IMG/VR virus record: IMGVR_UViG_3300020045_000911
Span: 1 to 31,077 of that record
From: a virus
Taxonomy: Duplodnaviria; Caudoviricetes
DNA: 31,077 bases
Direction: 5' to 3' (one strand)
Below the pieces are notes generated by a model. It was not told the origin of the DNA. It ran no database searches and saw nothing but the letters and a program-made list of their open reading frames with translations. Positions 24,316-31,077 of the stretch are shown here, piece by piece (within the stretch, counting starts at the first letter, position 1; every line of letters starts with the position of its first letter). Made by a program: the position numbers and the translations under genes.

Positions 24316-24492
24316 ATGCAAAACATCATCCCCTTCCAAAAGCCACAAGTGAAAGAGCGTACTTGCTCATTCTGCGGCGCGAAAGAGTCTAAAGTCGATC
24401 ATATGTTCAACGGACAACCCGGCGTCAACATTTGCGGCAGTTGCGCTCAGTACGCTAAAAAACGTCTTGACGAATCAACCAATGACAAATAA
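24316..24492 (+). CDS. stand-alone ClpX C4-type zinc finger protein
   Basis: CSFCGAKESKVDHMFNGQPGVNICGSC matches the ClpX N-domain pattern CSFCG...V..LIAGP.VYIC.EC. Confidence 0.8.
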   Translation: MQNIIPFQKPQVKERTCSFCGAKESKVDHMFNGQPGVNICGSCAQYAKKRLDESTNDK

Positions 24493-24673
24493 CCAAGAAA
24501 CCCTATGCGCTCACGCCGTCATAGGCTGCGCTCACCAGTGCTTAGCCGATATGGATGGCGTATTGCCAATGGACTACAGCGCCAGCACGACGGCCATCCT
24601 ATGGCGGGCGCTTGAGATTCAGTTGGCGGGGGTGGCTATTGAAACACTTTTACTTGCAAGGGATGGGTCATGA
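24482..24673 (+). CDS. hypothetical protein
   Basis: ORF overlapping both neighbours in the plus-strand island. Confidence 0.55.
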   Translation: MTNNQETLCAHAVIGCAHQCLADMDGVLPMDYSASTTAILWRALEIQLAGVAIETLLLARDGS

Positions 24674-24924
24674 ATATTAAACAAAGCATAGTTACTGAGG
24701 CTGAAATTCAAATTGTATTCAGCGGGACCAACTTTGGTCACACAAATTACAGAGAACTGCTTAATGCAAGTGTTCTAAAAAAGCTAGTAGGTTATCACTG
24801 CGGTCACACAATTACAGTAATAATGAAGGAGCTTGAGCTAATTGGCAAAACAGAAAAACCAACAAAAAAAGGAATCGCGTTAGTGCGTGAGGCATATAGC
24901 CATTTGATGATGGTTGGTGGATAG
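24670..24924 (+). CDS. hypothetical protein
   Basis: 84 aa, ATGA overlap; F.GTNFG...GYHCGHT...ELELIG. Confidence 0.65.
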   Translation: MNIKQSIVTEAEIQIVFSGTNFGHTNYRELLNASVLKKLVGYHCGHTITVIMKELELIGKTEKPTKKGIALVREAYSHLMMVGG

Positions 24925-24941
24925 ATTTATTTATAACCAAA

Positions 24942-24981
24942 TCTAACCAGTTCTAACCAAAACACCTTAGAACTAGTTAGA
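24942..24981. repeat. 15-bp inverted repeat between convergent genes
   Basis: TCTAACCAGTTCTAA / TTAGAACTAGTTAGA (one mismatch, a G-U on the minus strand). Confidence 0.6.
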
Positions 24982-24986
24982 CATTG

Positions 24987-25790
24987 TTAGAACTCAGGCA
25001 GCACAAGTGCGGCTCGGCACCTGCACCTGATCGGTGTCCCCGGATGTCCGACACTTGGCGGTTTATCCCAGCTAAACAGCTTTCCATTTAACTCAACATG
25101 CTCAGGACGAACGCGGCTATCACCCACGGTAGCCCATTCGTATTTTTCAACGCCTATAGATTCTGCCCTGATCTGGGTTAAACGAGCGTTTGCACCAAGT
25201 ATCTGATCTTGAGCAATAAGCGTCGCCCTATTCTTGGTAACGCCGAATTGCTTTTGTATCTGGTCTGAAACTTGCTTTACAGAGCTTCCATTCAGCACAC
25301 CTTGACGGATTATGGTTTCAAGTTGGCCATGATATTGAGTACCGATAGACTTTACCAAGCTGACGTTTTGCTTAACCCAAGCCGTTTGCATATCCTTAAG
25401 CCAAGGCTCGGCCCGGTACACGTCAACGCCTAAAATCGACTTACGAACACCCGGCACCGATGGTGGCAGCGTCACGCCAGTGGATGCCTTAACCGCCATA
25501 ATCAACGCCCTGTCATTGGTCTTTGCCAATAGCACGAACATGCCGGGTAAGCGCCATTCAACAGCCCTCGAACTAGTAACCATTTCATCCAAGAACGTAG
25601 CAAGAAGAATAATCAAGTCCTCGGCATAGCCGTCTTGCGTTAGCTCTGTATTTGCCTGTTTTAAGATGCTTGGCAGCTTAGGCATGACGATACGCCGGGT
25701 TATCGCTACGATCTGGCGCACGTACCAATTAAGCAAACGGACATACTCCCGCTCGGCCTGGTCTGGCGGCTTTAGCGTGGCTGTCTTCAA
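24987..25790 (-). CDS. head morphogenesis protein (SPP1 gp7 / Mu gpF-like)
   Basis: RATLIAQDQ, YEWATVGDSRVRPEH, PG.PIRCRC; follows the portal gene. Confidence 0.9.
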   Translation of the reverse strand: MKTATLKPPDQAEREYVRLLNWYVRQIVAITRRIVMPKLPSILKQANTELTQDGYAEDLIILLATFLDEMVTSSRAVEWRLPGMFVLLAKTNDRALIMAVKASTGVTLPPSVPGVRKSILGVDVYRAEPWLKDMQTAWVKQNVSLVKSIGTQYHGQLETIIRQGVLNGSSVKQVSDQIQKQFGVTKNRATLIAQDQILGANARLTQIRAESIGVEKYEWATVGDSRVRPEHVELNGKLFSWDKPPSVGHPGTPIRCRCRAALVLPEF

Positions 25791-27148
25791 ACCACTTCCC
25801 CGTCATCCTCTTCTTGAACGATCTGAATAGACGCATCCATGATGTACTTGCCATCCTCGATCAGCGTCTGGCGAAGCTCTGAAGGGTCAAGCGCCCCAGC
25901 GGTCACATAGACGGCGGCAGTGTCAGCCTTGATCTTGTCTTTTTCGGCTTCTAGCTTCTCAGTCTCGGCCTCTGTCTTTTCGTCTGGAATGTCCAAGCCT
26001 TCAAACTCAATCAGATAGTTTTGATCTGGCAAACCTTTGGCAATGGAAAGCAAAGTAACCAAGCGGTCAATCGGCTGGAGCAATTGCGTGCGTTGCTTCT
26101 GCTCAATGCTTGAATACCAGTTCTGCAAGTCACCCTGTTGTGAGTTATTAAGTCCTTTTGACTGCTCACCCATTAACAGCGTCTTCGGCATCCCTGTAAC
26201 CGCGCTTAAAGCCTGTGCAAAGCGGTCCAGAAGGTCAGGCAACCCAGTGAAACTATTTGACGTGATCGTGTATTCATCTAGGGCATCAATGGCCACCGAG
26301 TTGATGGAGTTGCGACTCATGTCCAGCATATTTAGCCGGTTAATCACCGCTTGCTGCCCACCTGGTGCCATAAGCTGTTGAGACAGCCCGCTAAACTTAG
26401 CCACGGCTTGCTGAGACTTTTCTAAGAGCTTTTCAGCCCATTGGTGGCTCACGCCCAGGCGCTGCAACTGATACCAGCACTTCGCCAGCGCAGACACGCC
26501 CCAGCCGTCCTGTAGGTCACGCATAGACTCGGGTACAAACTCGCCTGGAAAGATTAGGCAACGCGACTCATGCACGGTGTAAGGCGTGGCATTAGACGGG
26601 CTAACTTGATATGTCTTAGTCTGGCCATAACGCACGTCTGCCGGGTCCGTGTACTTCTCCATGCGGCTGACGTGATAGCGGTCATACACGCGCAGGAACT
26701 CGATGTCTTGCACTGACCGGTCGTTTAATGGCTCTTCCAATTGGCCGCCATCCTTCACGCCCATGACGATCATGCTGCCACCAAAGATAGCTTCTAGCTT
26801 GAGTGCGTCTGTCAATCTCTCGTCGGCGTGCAATTCTTCAAGTCGTGCCATCACGGGGGCGTAAGCTGACTCTTCCTCGCTCTCATCTTGCCCTTCTACC
26901 TCAATACAAAACCCGGCCCGCGTCATATCAGTGGCTGTAACGTCCACGATACGTCGTGCGAAGCCGTCGCCAATATACAGGTCGGTTAGCTCTAGTTCCG
27001 TGAAGTAACGCACGGGCGATGCTTTGGTGTAGCCTCCACTGTCACGGCTAGAGCCTAAAGACGAAATTACATTAAGGAACGGGCCATCAAGACGTTGCAC
27101 AGCGTCTTTACGGGGTCGTCCTACGGGTTTTCCAGTTGGTTTAGTCAT
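25787..27148 (-). CDS. portal protein (DUF1073-like)
   Basis: ARRIVD..A.DMTR, VHESRCLIF, WGVSAL, FTGLPDLL, TGMPKTLLMGEQ.KGLN...GDLQNWY. Confidence 0.9.
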   Translation of the reverse strand: MTKPTGKPVGRPRKDAVQRLDGPFLNVISSLGSSRDSGGYTKASPVRYFTELELTDLYIGDGFARRIVDVTATDMTRAGFCIEVEGQDESEEESAYAPVMARLEELHADERLTDALKLEAIFGGSMIVMGVKDGGQLEEPLNDRSVQDIEFLRVYDRYHVSRMEKYTDPADVRYGQTKTYQVSPSNATPYTVHESRCLIFPGEFVPESMRDLQDGWGVSALAKCWYQLQRLGVSHQWAEKLLEKSQQAVAKFSGLSQQLMAPGGQQAVINRLNMLDMSRNSINSVAIDALDEYTITSNSFTGLPDLLDRFAQALSAVTGMPKTLLMGEQSKGLNNSQQGDLQNWYSSIEQKQRTQLLQPIDRLVTLLSIAKGLPDQNYLIEFEGLDIPDEKTEAETEKLEAEKDKIKADTAAVYVTAGALDPSELRQTLIEDGKYIMDASIQIVQEEDDGEVV

Positions 27149-27154
27149 GCCGTG

Positions 27155-27227
27155 ATTCTAGGGGTTTTCCCTATATTTGCAAAATAAATAGGGAAAGTGA
27201 GAAAAGTGTGATTGTTTGCGCTACAAT
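27155..27227. promoter_or_regulatory. divergent promoter region with a quasi-palindromic site
   Basis: Minus: TTGCAA-16-TAGAAT, 6 nt before the portal ATG. Plus: TACAAT at 27222-27227. TAGGGGTTTTCCCTA at 27159-27173. Confidence 0.55.
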
Positions 27228-27258
27228 TGACACATAAACAACCAACTGGAGAAAGTAA

Positions 27259-27585
27259 ATGGGCCAATACCACAAAGTCTACAACCTCGACAAACAAGAG
27301 TTCATTCACCCCGGTGAAATTGGTAACGGATTGAAGTTGCTTGAGCAAATCGGCCACATAAAAAGCACATCAACTGCGGTATTTCTTTTGATTGCTAACA
27401 GCAGTGGGCGAGGCGGTGGAGATACGCGTCATCATCCTTTGATTGGCTCATGGGCTGGAGATCGTTTGCTAGTTCAGGGCGACTATGCAAAAGAAGGCGA
27501 TCAGTCTTATGTCGAATTGAGTAAACTAGAAACGTTCTCCAATATCTCAAGTAAAGTAAAAGAAATGCTTGCCTTGGTTGACTAA
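27259..27585 (+). CDS. hypothetical phage protein
   Basis: GGAG RBS; MGQY...NLDKQEFIHP, GLKLLE, GRGGGD, GSWAGDR...GDY conserved-looking motifs. Confidence 0.8.
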   Translation: MGQYHKVYNLDKQEFIHPGEIGNGLKLLEQIGHIKSTSTAVFLLIANSSGRGGGDTRHHPLIGSWAGDRLLVQGDYAKEGDQSYVELSKLETFSNISSKVKEMLALVD

Positions 27586-27625
27586 CTCAACACTTACCAT
27601 TTATTTTCAATTTAAAGGAAGCAAC

Positions 27626-27934
27626 ATGAAAACACCGCACAAACACGCAGAACTCATCAAACAGTGGGCTGATGGGGCTGAGATTGAGTTTAATAATTAC
27701 GAAAATAATTGGATAACTGTAGGACATCCTGGTTGGGGTGGCGAGAAAGAACGATACCGCATCAAACCAGAGCCTAAGCCTGACCCCGTTCTCTTCTACT
27801 CTGTAAAAGATTACGATGATAGTCCTGACGTAAAAGCTCCAAAGGTTAAGTGGACTGGATCACGTTATGACAGCAATTTACACTTAACCTTCAACGCCGA
27901 AACTGGTAAACTAATCAAAGCAGAGGTAATCTAA
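27626..27934 (+). CDS. hypothetical phage protein
   Basis: AAGGA RBS; MKTPHKHAELIKQWADGAEIE...YRIKP...FNAETGKLIKAEVI. Confidence 0.8.
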   Translation: MKTPHKHAELIKQWADGAEIEFNNYENNWITVGHPGWGGEKERYRIKPEPKPDPVLFYSVKDYDDSPDVKAPKVKWTGSRYDSNLHLTFNAETGKLIKAEVI

Positions 27935-28186
27935 ATGCACATCAAATTCAACAAAAACGGCCTGACTAAAGAAGTCAAAGTTGGCTTTAGCTGGACAATC
28001 TTTTGTTTCGGCTGGATGTCCTTGGCTATCCGTGGCCAGTACGTCCCTGCGCTTATCAGCTTCCTGACGTTTAACATGGCGTCTTTTTACTTCATGTTTG
28101 CCGGTAATCGGATGCTTGCTTTCCAGTTGGTCGAGAATGGCTGGACCACTAAAGAATCATTTCCTTCGCAGTGGGTGGGTAAATGA
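27935..28186 (+). CDS. small membrane protein (DUF2628-like)
   Basis: KEVKVGFSWT.F.FG....IRG pattern with two hydrophobic segments; GAGG RBS. Confidence 0.72.
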   Translation: MHIKFNKNGLTKEVKVGFSWTIFCFGWMSLAIRGQYVPALISFLTFNMASFYFMFAGNRMLAFQLVENGWTTKESFPSQWVGK

Positions 28187-28446
28187 GTTACACAAAAGGC
28201 CTGTGGTCTATTGATGAAATAATGCCAGATGTAATCATTGATTCTGAAGGTGGAGTTGTCGCAGAAAATGTATGCCAAGATGACGCCCGCCTAATCGCCG
28301 CAGCGCCTGACTTGCTGGATGAGTTGGAAAATTGCGCTGATTTGCTGGATATGTGCTTTTCAAATGCTCCAGTTGATTCCTGTATTGGAGTTGCTTTAAT
28401 TAAAGCAAAAGCCGCAATCTCCAAAGCCACGGGAGAAACAGCATGA
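28183..28446 (+). CDS. hypothetical phage protein
   Basis: YTKGLW...ARLIAAAPDLL...AKAAISKATGE, a common small phage ORF type. Confidence 0.78.
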   Translation: MSYTKGLWSIDEIMPDVIIDSEGGVVAENVCQDDARLIAAAPDLLDELENCADLLDMCFSNAPVDSCIGVALIKAKAAISKATGETA

Positions 28447-28733
28447 CTAAACATGACTTTGCAGACGGAAAATACACCGTCATCAGCGATAGTGGAAAGC
28501 TTACCGCGCTTCGGAATGGTGAACCGTGGGGCCGCGATCTCGTGGGCGATAACCTAGTTTACTGGATGCTGATTGAAGTAGATCGGCTAAAAGCACATCG
28601 CGACGAGTTGCTGGAGGCTTTGGAAGCTGGGCCATCAATACTTCATTGGCTGCCAAGTGGTGATTGCAATTGCAGTCAGTGCAACTTTGTAAGAATGAAA
28701 CGCGCCGCAATCTCAAAAGCCACCGGCCAATAA
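28443..28733 (+). CDS. hypothetical phage protein
   Basis: DGKYTV...ALRNGEPWGRDLVGDNLVY, RDELLEALE, RAAISKATGQ; GGAG RBS. Confidence 0.75.
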   Translation: MTKHDFADGKYTVISDSGKLTALRNGEPWGRDLVGDNLVYWMLIEVDRLKAHRDELLEALEAGPSILHWLPSGDCNCSQCNFVRMKRAAISKATGQ

Positions 28734-28740
28734 ACAAAGC

Positions 28741-28788
28741 CCTTCGTTTGAATGTTGTGCTACACTTGAGCCATCAAACAAACGAAGG
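28741..28788 (+). promoter_or_regulatory. extended -10 promoter flanked by a 10-bp inverted repeat
   Basis: TG-C-TACACT at 28758-28766; CCTTCGTTTG (28741-28750) / CAAACGAAGG (28779-28788). Confidence 0.55.
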
Positions 28789-28795
28789 AATTAAA

Positions 28796-29041
28796 ATGAC
28801 ACGCAACGAATCAATCCTCGCAATCGCAGATCAGATCAACATCGCTGCTGCTAACGCTTTCGCAAATGGCGACAAAACTTCGGCCCGCGCATTGCTTGCT
28901 TTGCTGGATAACGAAGCGATGGAACTTGAAGTCACGCCAGCGAAAAAGAACAAAATCAATTTCGCAAATGTTGTCGATCGCAACTTTGATGCTTACGAAA
29001 AAATCATGGTTCGCGACGAACTGGCGACAATGGATTTTTAA
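28796..29041 (+). CDS. hypothetical protein
   Basis: AAGGA RBS before ATG 28796; MTRNESILAIADQ... Confidence 0.7.
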   Translation: MTRNESILAIADQINIAAANAFANGDKTSARALLALLDNEAMELEVTPAKKNKINFANVVDRNFDAYEKIMVRDELATMDF

Positions 29042-29054
29042 GATTGAAATTAAA

Positions 29055-29279
29055 ATGAACAAATCAATAGAAATAAATGATGCTATGAATATGAATATTG
29101 ATGACTTGATTGGAGTTCTTATTGAATCATCTCAATTTATTTATGCCGTTCATAATGGGAAAGAACCAATAACACGATACCCATTAGTAGATGAATTGGA
29201 TGGATTCTCTTTGATGCTTCACCAATATAAATTAGTAAAAAACAACTCCAAACAAACACAGAAGCAAGGCCATAAATGA
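29055..29279 (+). CDS. hypothetical protein
   Basis: MNKSIEINDAM...YPLVDELDGF; AT-rich; ATGA overlap with the next ORF. Confidence 0.55.
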   Translation: MNKSIEINDAMNMNIDDLIGVLIESSQFIYAVHNGKEPITRYPLVDELDGFSLMLHQYKLVKNNSKQTQKQGHK

Positions 29280-29464
29280 GATACCAAGAGTTTAGAACAG
29301 AATATGAAAACAATTTTCAGTTGATGTTGTCTTTCGAACAAAATGAATATGGTTGTTCGTATTATTGCGAAAATGTGGCGCTATTGACTGAAAAATACCC
29401 AGAGTTTTATAAACGACTATCTGGCGACTTGTATGATGCACTTCGCGCAAAACAATGCTTGTAA
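29276..29464 (+). CDS. hypothetical protein
   Basis: 62-aa ORF ending just before the terminator. Confidence 0.55.
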   Translation: MRYQEFRTEYENNFQLMLSFEQNEYGCSYYCENVALLTEKYPEFYKRLSGDLYDALRAKQCL

Positions 29465-29471
29465 ATCAACC

Positions 29472-29490
29472 GCCCTTCGGGGCTTTTTTT
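29472..29490 (+). terminator. rho-independent terminator
   Basis: GCCC-TTCG-GGGC followed by TTTTTTT. Confidence 0.8.
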
Positions 29491-30925
29491 ACGACCAGAC
29501 GGACCAGCTAGTCCCAGCTAAAAACGTATTAACGGAGTCAACCAATGGGTCTATCTGGTCATCGTGCTTATGGCTATCATTGGCTGTAAACGCCTCGCAC
29601 TCACTAACAAAATCAACTGCCCACGGAGCGTACTCCGGCAATAGAACAGCCCCAGCTTGGATGCGTGGTTGCACTTCCATGACGCGGGTTAGCTTGTCTT
29701 TAGTTCGCTGCACGGCGATAACAGGAACGAACTGATTGCTTTGCTGTAGCTGCTGAATCAACCCAGTCCCGCTTGCCTTATCCTCGATATAAAGTGCAGA
29801 CGCAGGTGGCAATGCTTCGCGGCCATTGTTAACCGATGCGCTTGACCATATGTCTTTAGCCATAGCCAATAGTCCAACGGCGTCTACCTTTTTACGCCAC
29901 ACGTTGAGAATCATAATCTTGCCAGTGCGAAGCAATACAGCGTCTAAAAACACCGTGTAATCATTCTGCTCACCCGTTTTCATGGCTGTATCAGCGAACA
30001 CCGCACGCCGAGAGAACTCGCGCCAGTCGGGCAACACGCTATACCGTCCGAACCACTCACCACGTAGCAACTCACCACCAAGAACATACGGCTCCTGTTG
30101 GTATTGCCCCTCAAATGTGAAGTTGCCTTTTTCCTTTAGCTGCAACAGGCTAGCCAACGGCTCCTTTTCTGGCCAATAGCTTTCACCAGTTGGCCCGATC
30201 GCCGGTATCTTGATGTGTGTCCAATCGTGACCATCACCACCGCCAGTAAGAAACCCGGTCAAATCCTCGTCTGCCAGGCGCTGCATGATAACTATGATAG
30301 GAGTATCAGGTGATGCCTTGCGACTTTGCACCGTGTTAATGAAGGCGTTGTTGACGGCATCACGCTTAGTCTTGGATAGGCTATCAGCGGGCTTTAAAGG
30401 GTCATCTATGAGAATAGCACCCTGGAACCCTGTAGCCATATGCCCAGCACGAAAACCAGTCACCTGACCGAGCGTTGATGTGGCATAACATCCACCAATA
30501 GACACGCCATCGTCACTAACCACATTCCACCGTCCACGGGCATTAGAGTCAGACTTAATCGGAAGTGGGAAAAGCTCTTGATATTCAGCCGAGCATATAA
30601 GCTCTTTGGCCTTAGCCGAATTAAGCTCTGCCAATTCGCTCGAATACGACAGGTGCAAGAACCTAGCTCTGGGATTAATTGCCAGGCCACGGGCAATGAA
30701 GTTAATCACTGCCAGCTCTGTTTTAGAGCTTCCTGGAGGCACGTTGATGATTAGGCGTTTAGTCTTACCATCAATAACCAGCTGCAAAGCGTCTGCAATG
30801 GCTTTGTGGTGCCAGTTTAGGCGGAACTTGACGCCCTCACGGATTCTGAAAAAGTAGCGGGCGAAGAAAAGGTGATCTTCTTTTAACGCCGCACTGATAA
30901 TCTGATTTTCTTCAGATGTCAGCAT
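29489..30925 (-). CDS. terL: terminase large subunit
   Basis: NWHH, RLIINVPPGSSKTE (Walker A-like), ILIDDPLKP (Walker B), IMQRL, QYQQEP, FADTAMK, IEDKASG, HDDQID nuclease motifs. Confidence 0.95.
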   Translation of the reverse strand: MLTSEENQIISAALKEDHLFFARYFFRIREGVKFRLNWHHKAIADALQLVIDGKTKRLIINVPPGSSKTELAVINFIARGLAINPRARFLHLSYSSELAELNSAKAKELICSAEYQELFPLPIKSDSNARGRWNVVSDDGVSIGGCYATSTLGQVTGFRAGHMATGFQGAILIDDPLKPADSLSKTKRDAVNNAFINTVQSRKASPDTPIIVIMQRLADEDLTGFLTGGGDGHDWTHIKIPAIGPTGESYWPEKEPLASLLQLKEKGNFTFEGQYQQEPYVLGGELLRGEWFGRYSVLPDWREFSRRAVFADTAMKTGEQNDYTVFLDAVLLRTGKIMILNVWRKKVDAVGLLAMAKDIWSSASVNNGREALPPASALYIEDKASGTGLIQQLQQSNQFVPVIAVQRTKDKLTRVMEVQPRIQAGAVLLPEYAPWAVDFVSECEAFTANDSHKHDDQIDPLVDSVNTFLAGTSWSVWS

Positions 30926-31076
30926 TGAGTTTTGAAAGCACCGACTTAACCATTCCTGCGTCGATCTTAACCGCCGCTTGTGGCGTCATTGAGCCATCGC
31001 TTGACGTGTTGTCGATCTCTTGCTTGTCACGCCATGTTTTAGGCTGGCGATTCTTTAGCCAAGCCATAGCAGCCCC
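30912..31076 (-). CDS. terminase small subunit, C-terminal part (truncated by window)
   Basis: Translated by hand: GAAMAWLKNRQPKTWRDKQEIDNTSSDGSMTP...ADI*; WLKNR...WRDK and SSDGSM motifs; overlaps the terL start. Confidence 0.85.
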   Translation of the reverse strand, partial: GAAMAWLKNRQPKTWRDKQEIDNTSSDGSMTPQAAVKIDAGMVKSVLSKLNADI

Positions 31077-31077
31077 A

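Noticed and set aside
25787-27148. Anti-CBASS Acb1 function for the DUF1073 protein
   Set aside because: Size, motifs and position show a portal; no C-terminal 2H-phosphodiesterase HxT motifs are visible.
1-31077. Integrase, att sites, diversity-generating retroelement or invertible tail-fibre cassette
   Set aside because: No recombinase or reverse transcriptase ORF and no template/variable repeat pair seen; lifestyle cannot be determined from this window.
1-31077. Alternative genetic code suggested by unusual tRNAs
   Set aside because: All core genes translate full length in the standard code, all three stop codons are used, and no suppressor anticodon is evident.

Overview
About 31 kb of a tailed dsDNA phage genome with a contractile (myovirus-type) tail, probably infecting a Gram-negative proteobacterium (host inferred, not shown). 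The minus strand carries an almost complete virion module read right to left: small terminase (partial), large terminase, DUF1073 portal, SPP1 gp7/Mu gpF-like head protein, DUF2213 protease/scaffold, cement protein, DUF2184 major capsid, head-tail joining proteins, DUF3383 sheath, DUF3277 tube, tail chaperone with a predicted -1 frameshift, tape measure, baseplate genes, beta-helix tailspike and lysis genes. The left end carries plus-strand ThyX and a MazG-like gene. Four plus-strand islands interrupt the structural operon: small ORFs between terminase and portal, a ClpX-zinc-finger cluster, a GIY-YIG homing endonuclease, and a ~1 kb non-coding island (8966-10002) between baseplate hub and spike. 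That island is the most notable feature. It is a chain of about seven structured RNA modules closed by long inverted repeats with shared TATCA/TGAY junctions. It includes a tRNA-Glu-like cloverleaf nested in a larger tRNA-like element, followed by a tRNA-Tyr(GUA) lacking a conventional D-arm and a tRNA(CAU). All protein calls come from motif recognition and synteny by eye; no searches were run.
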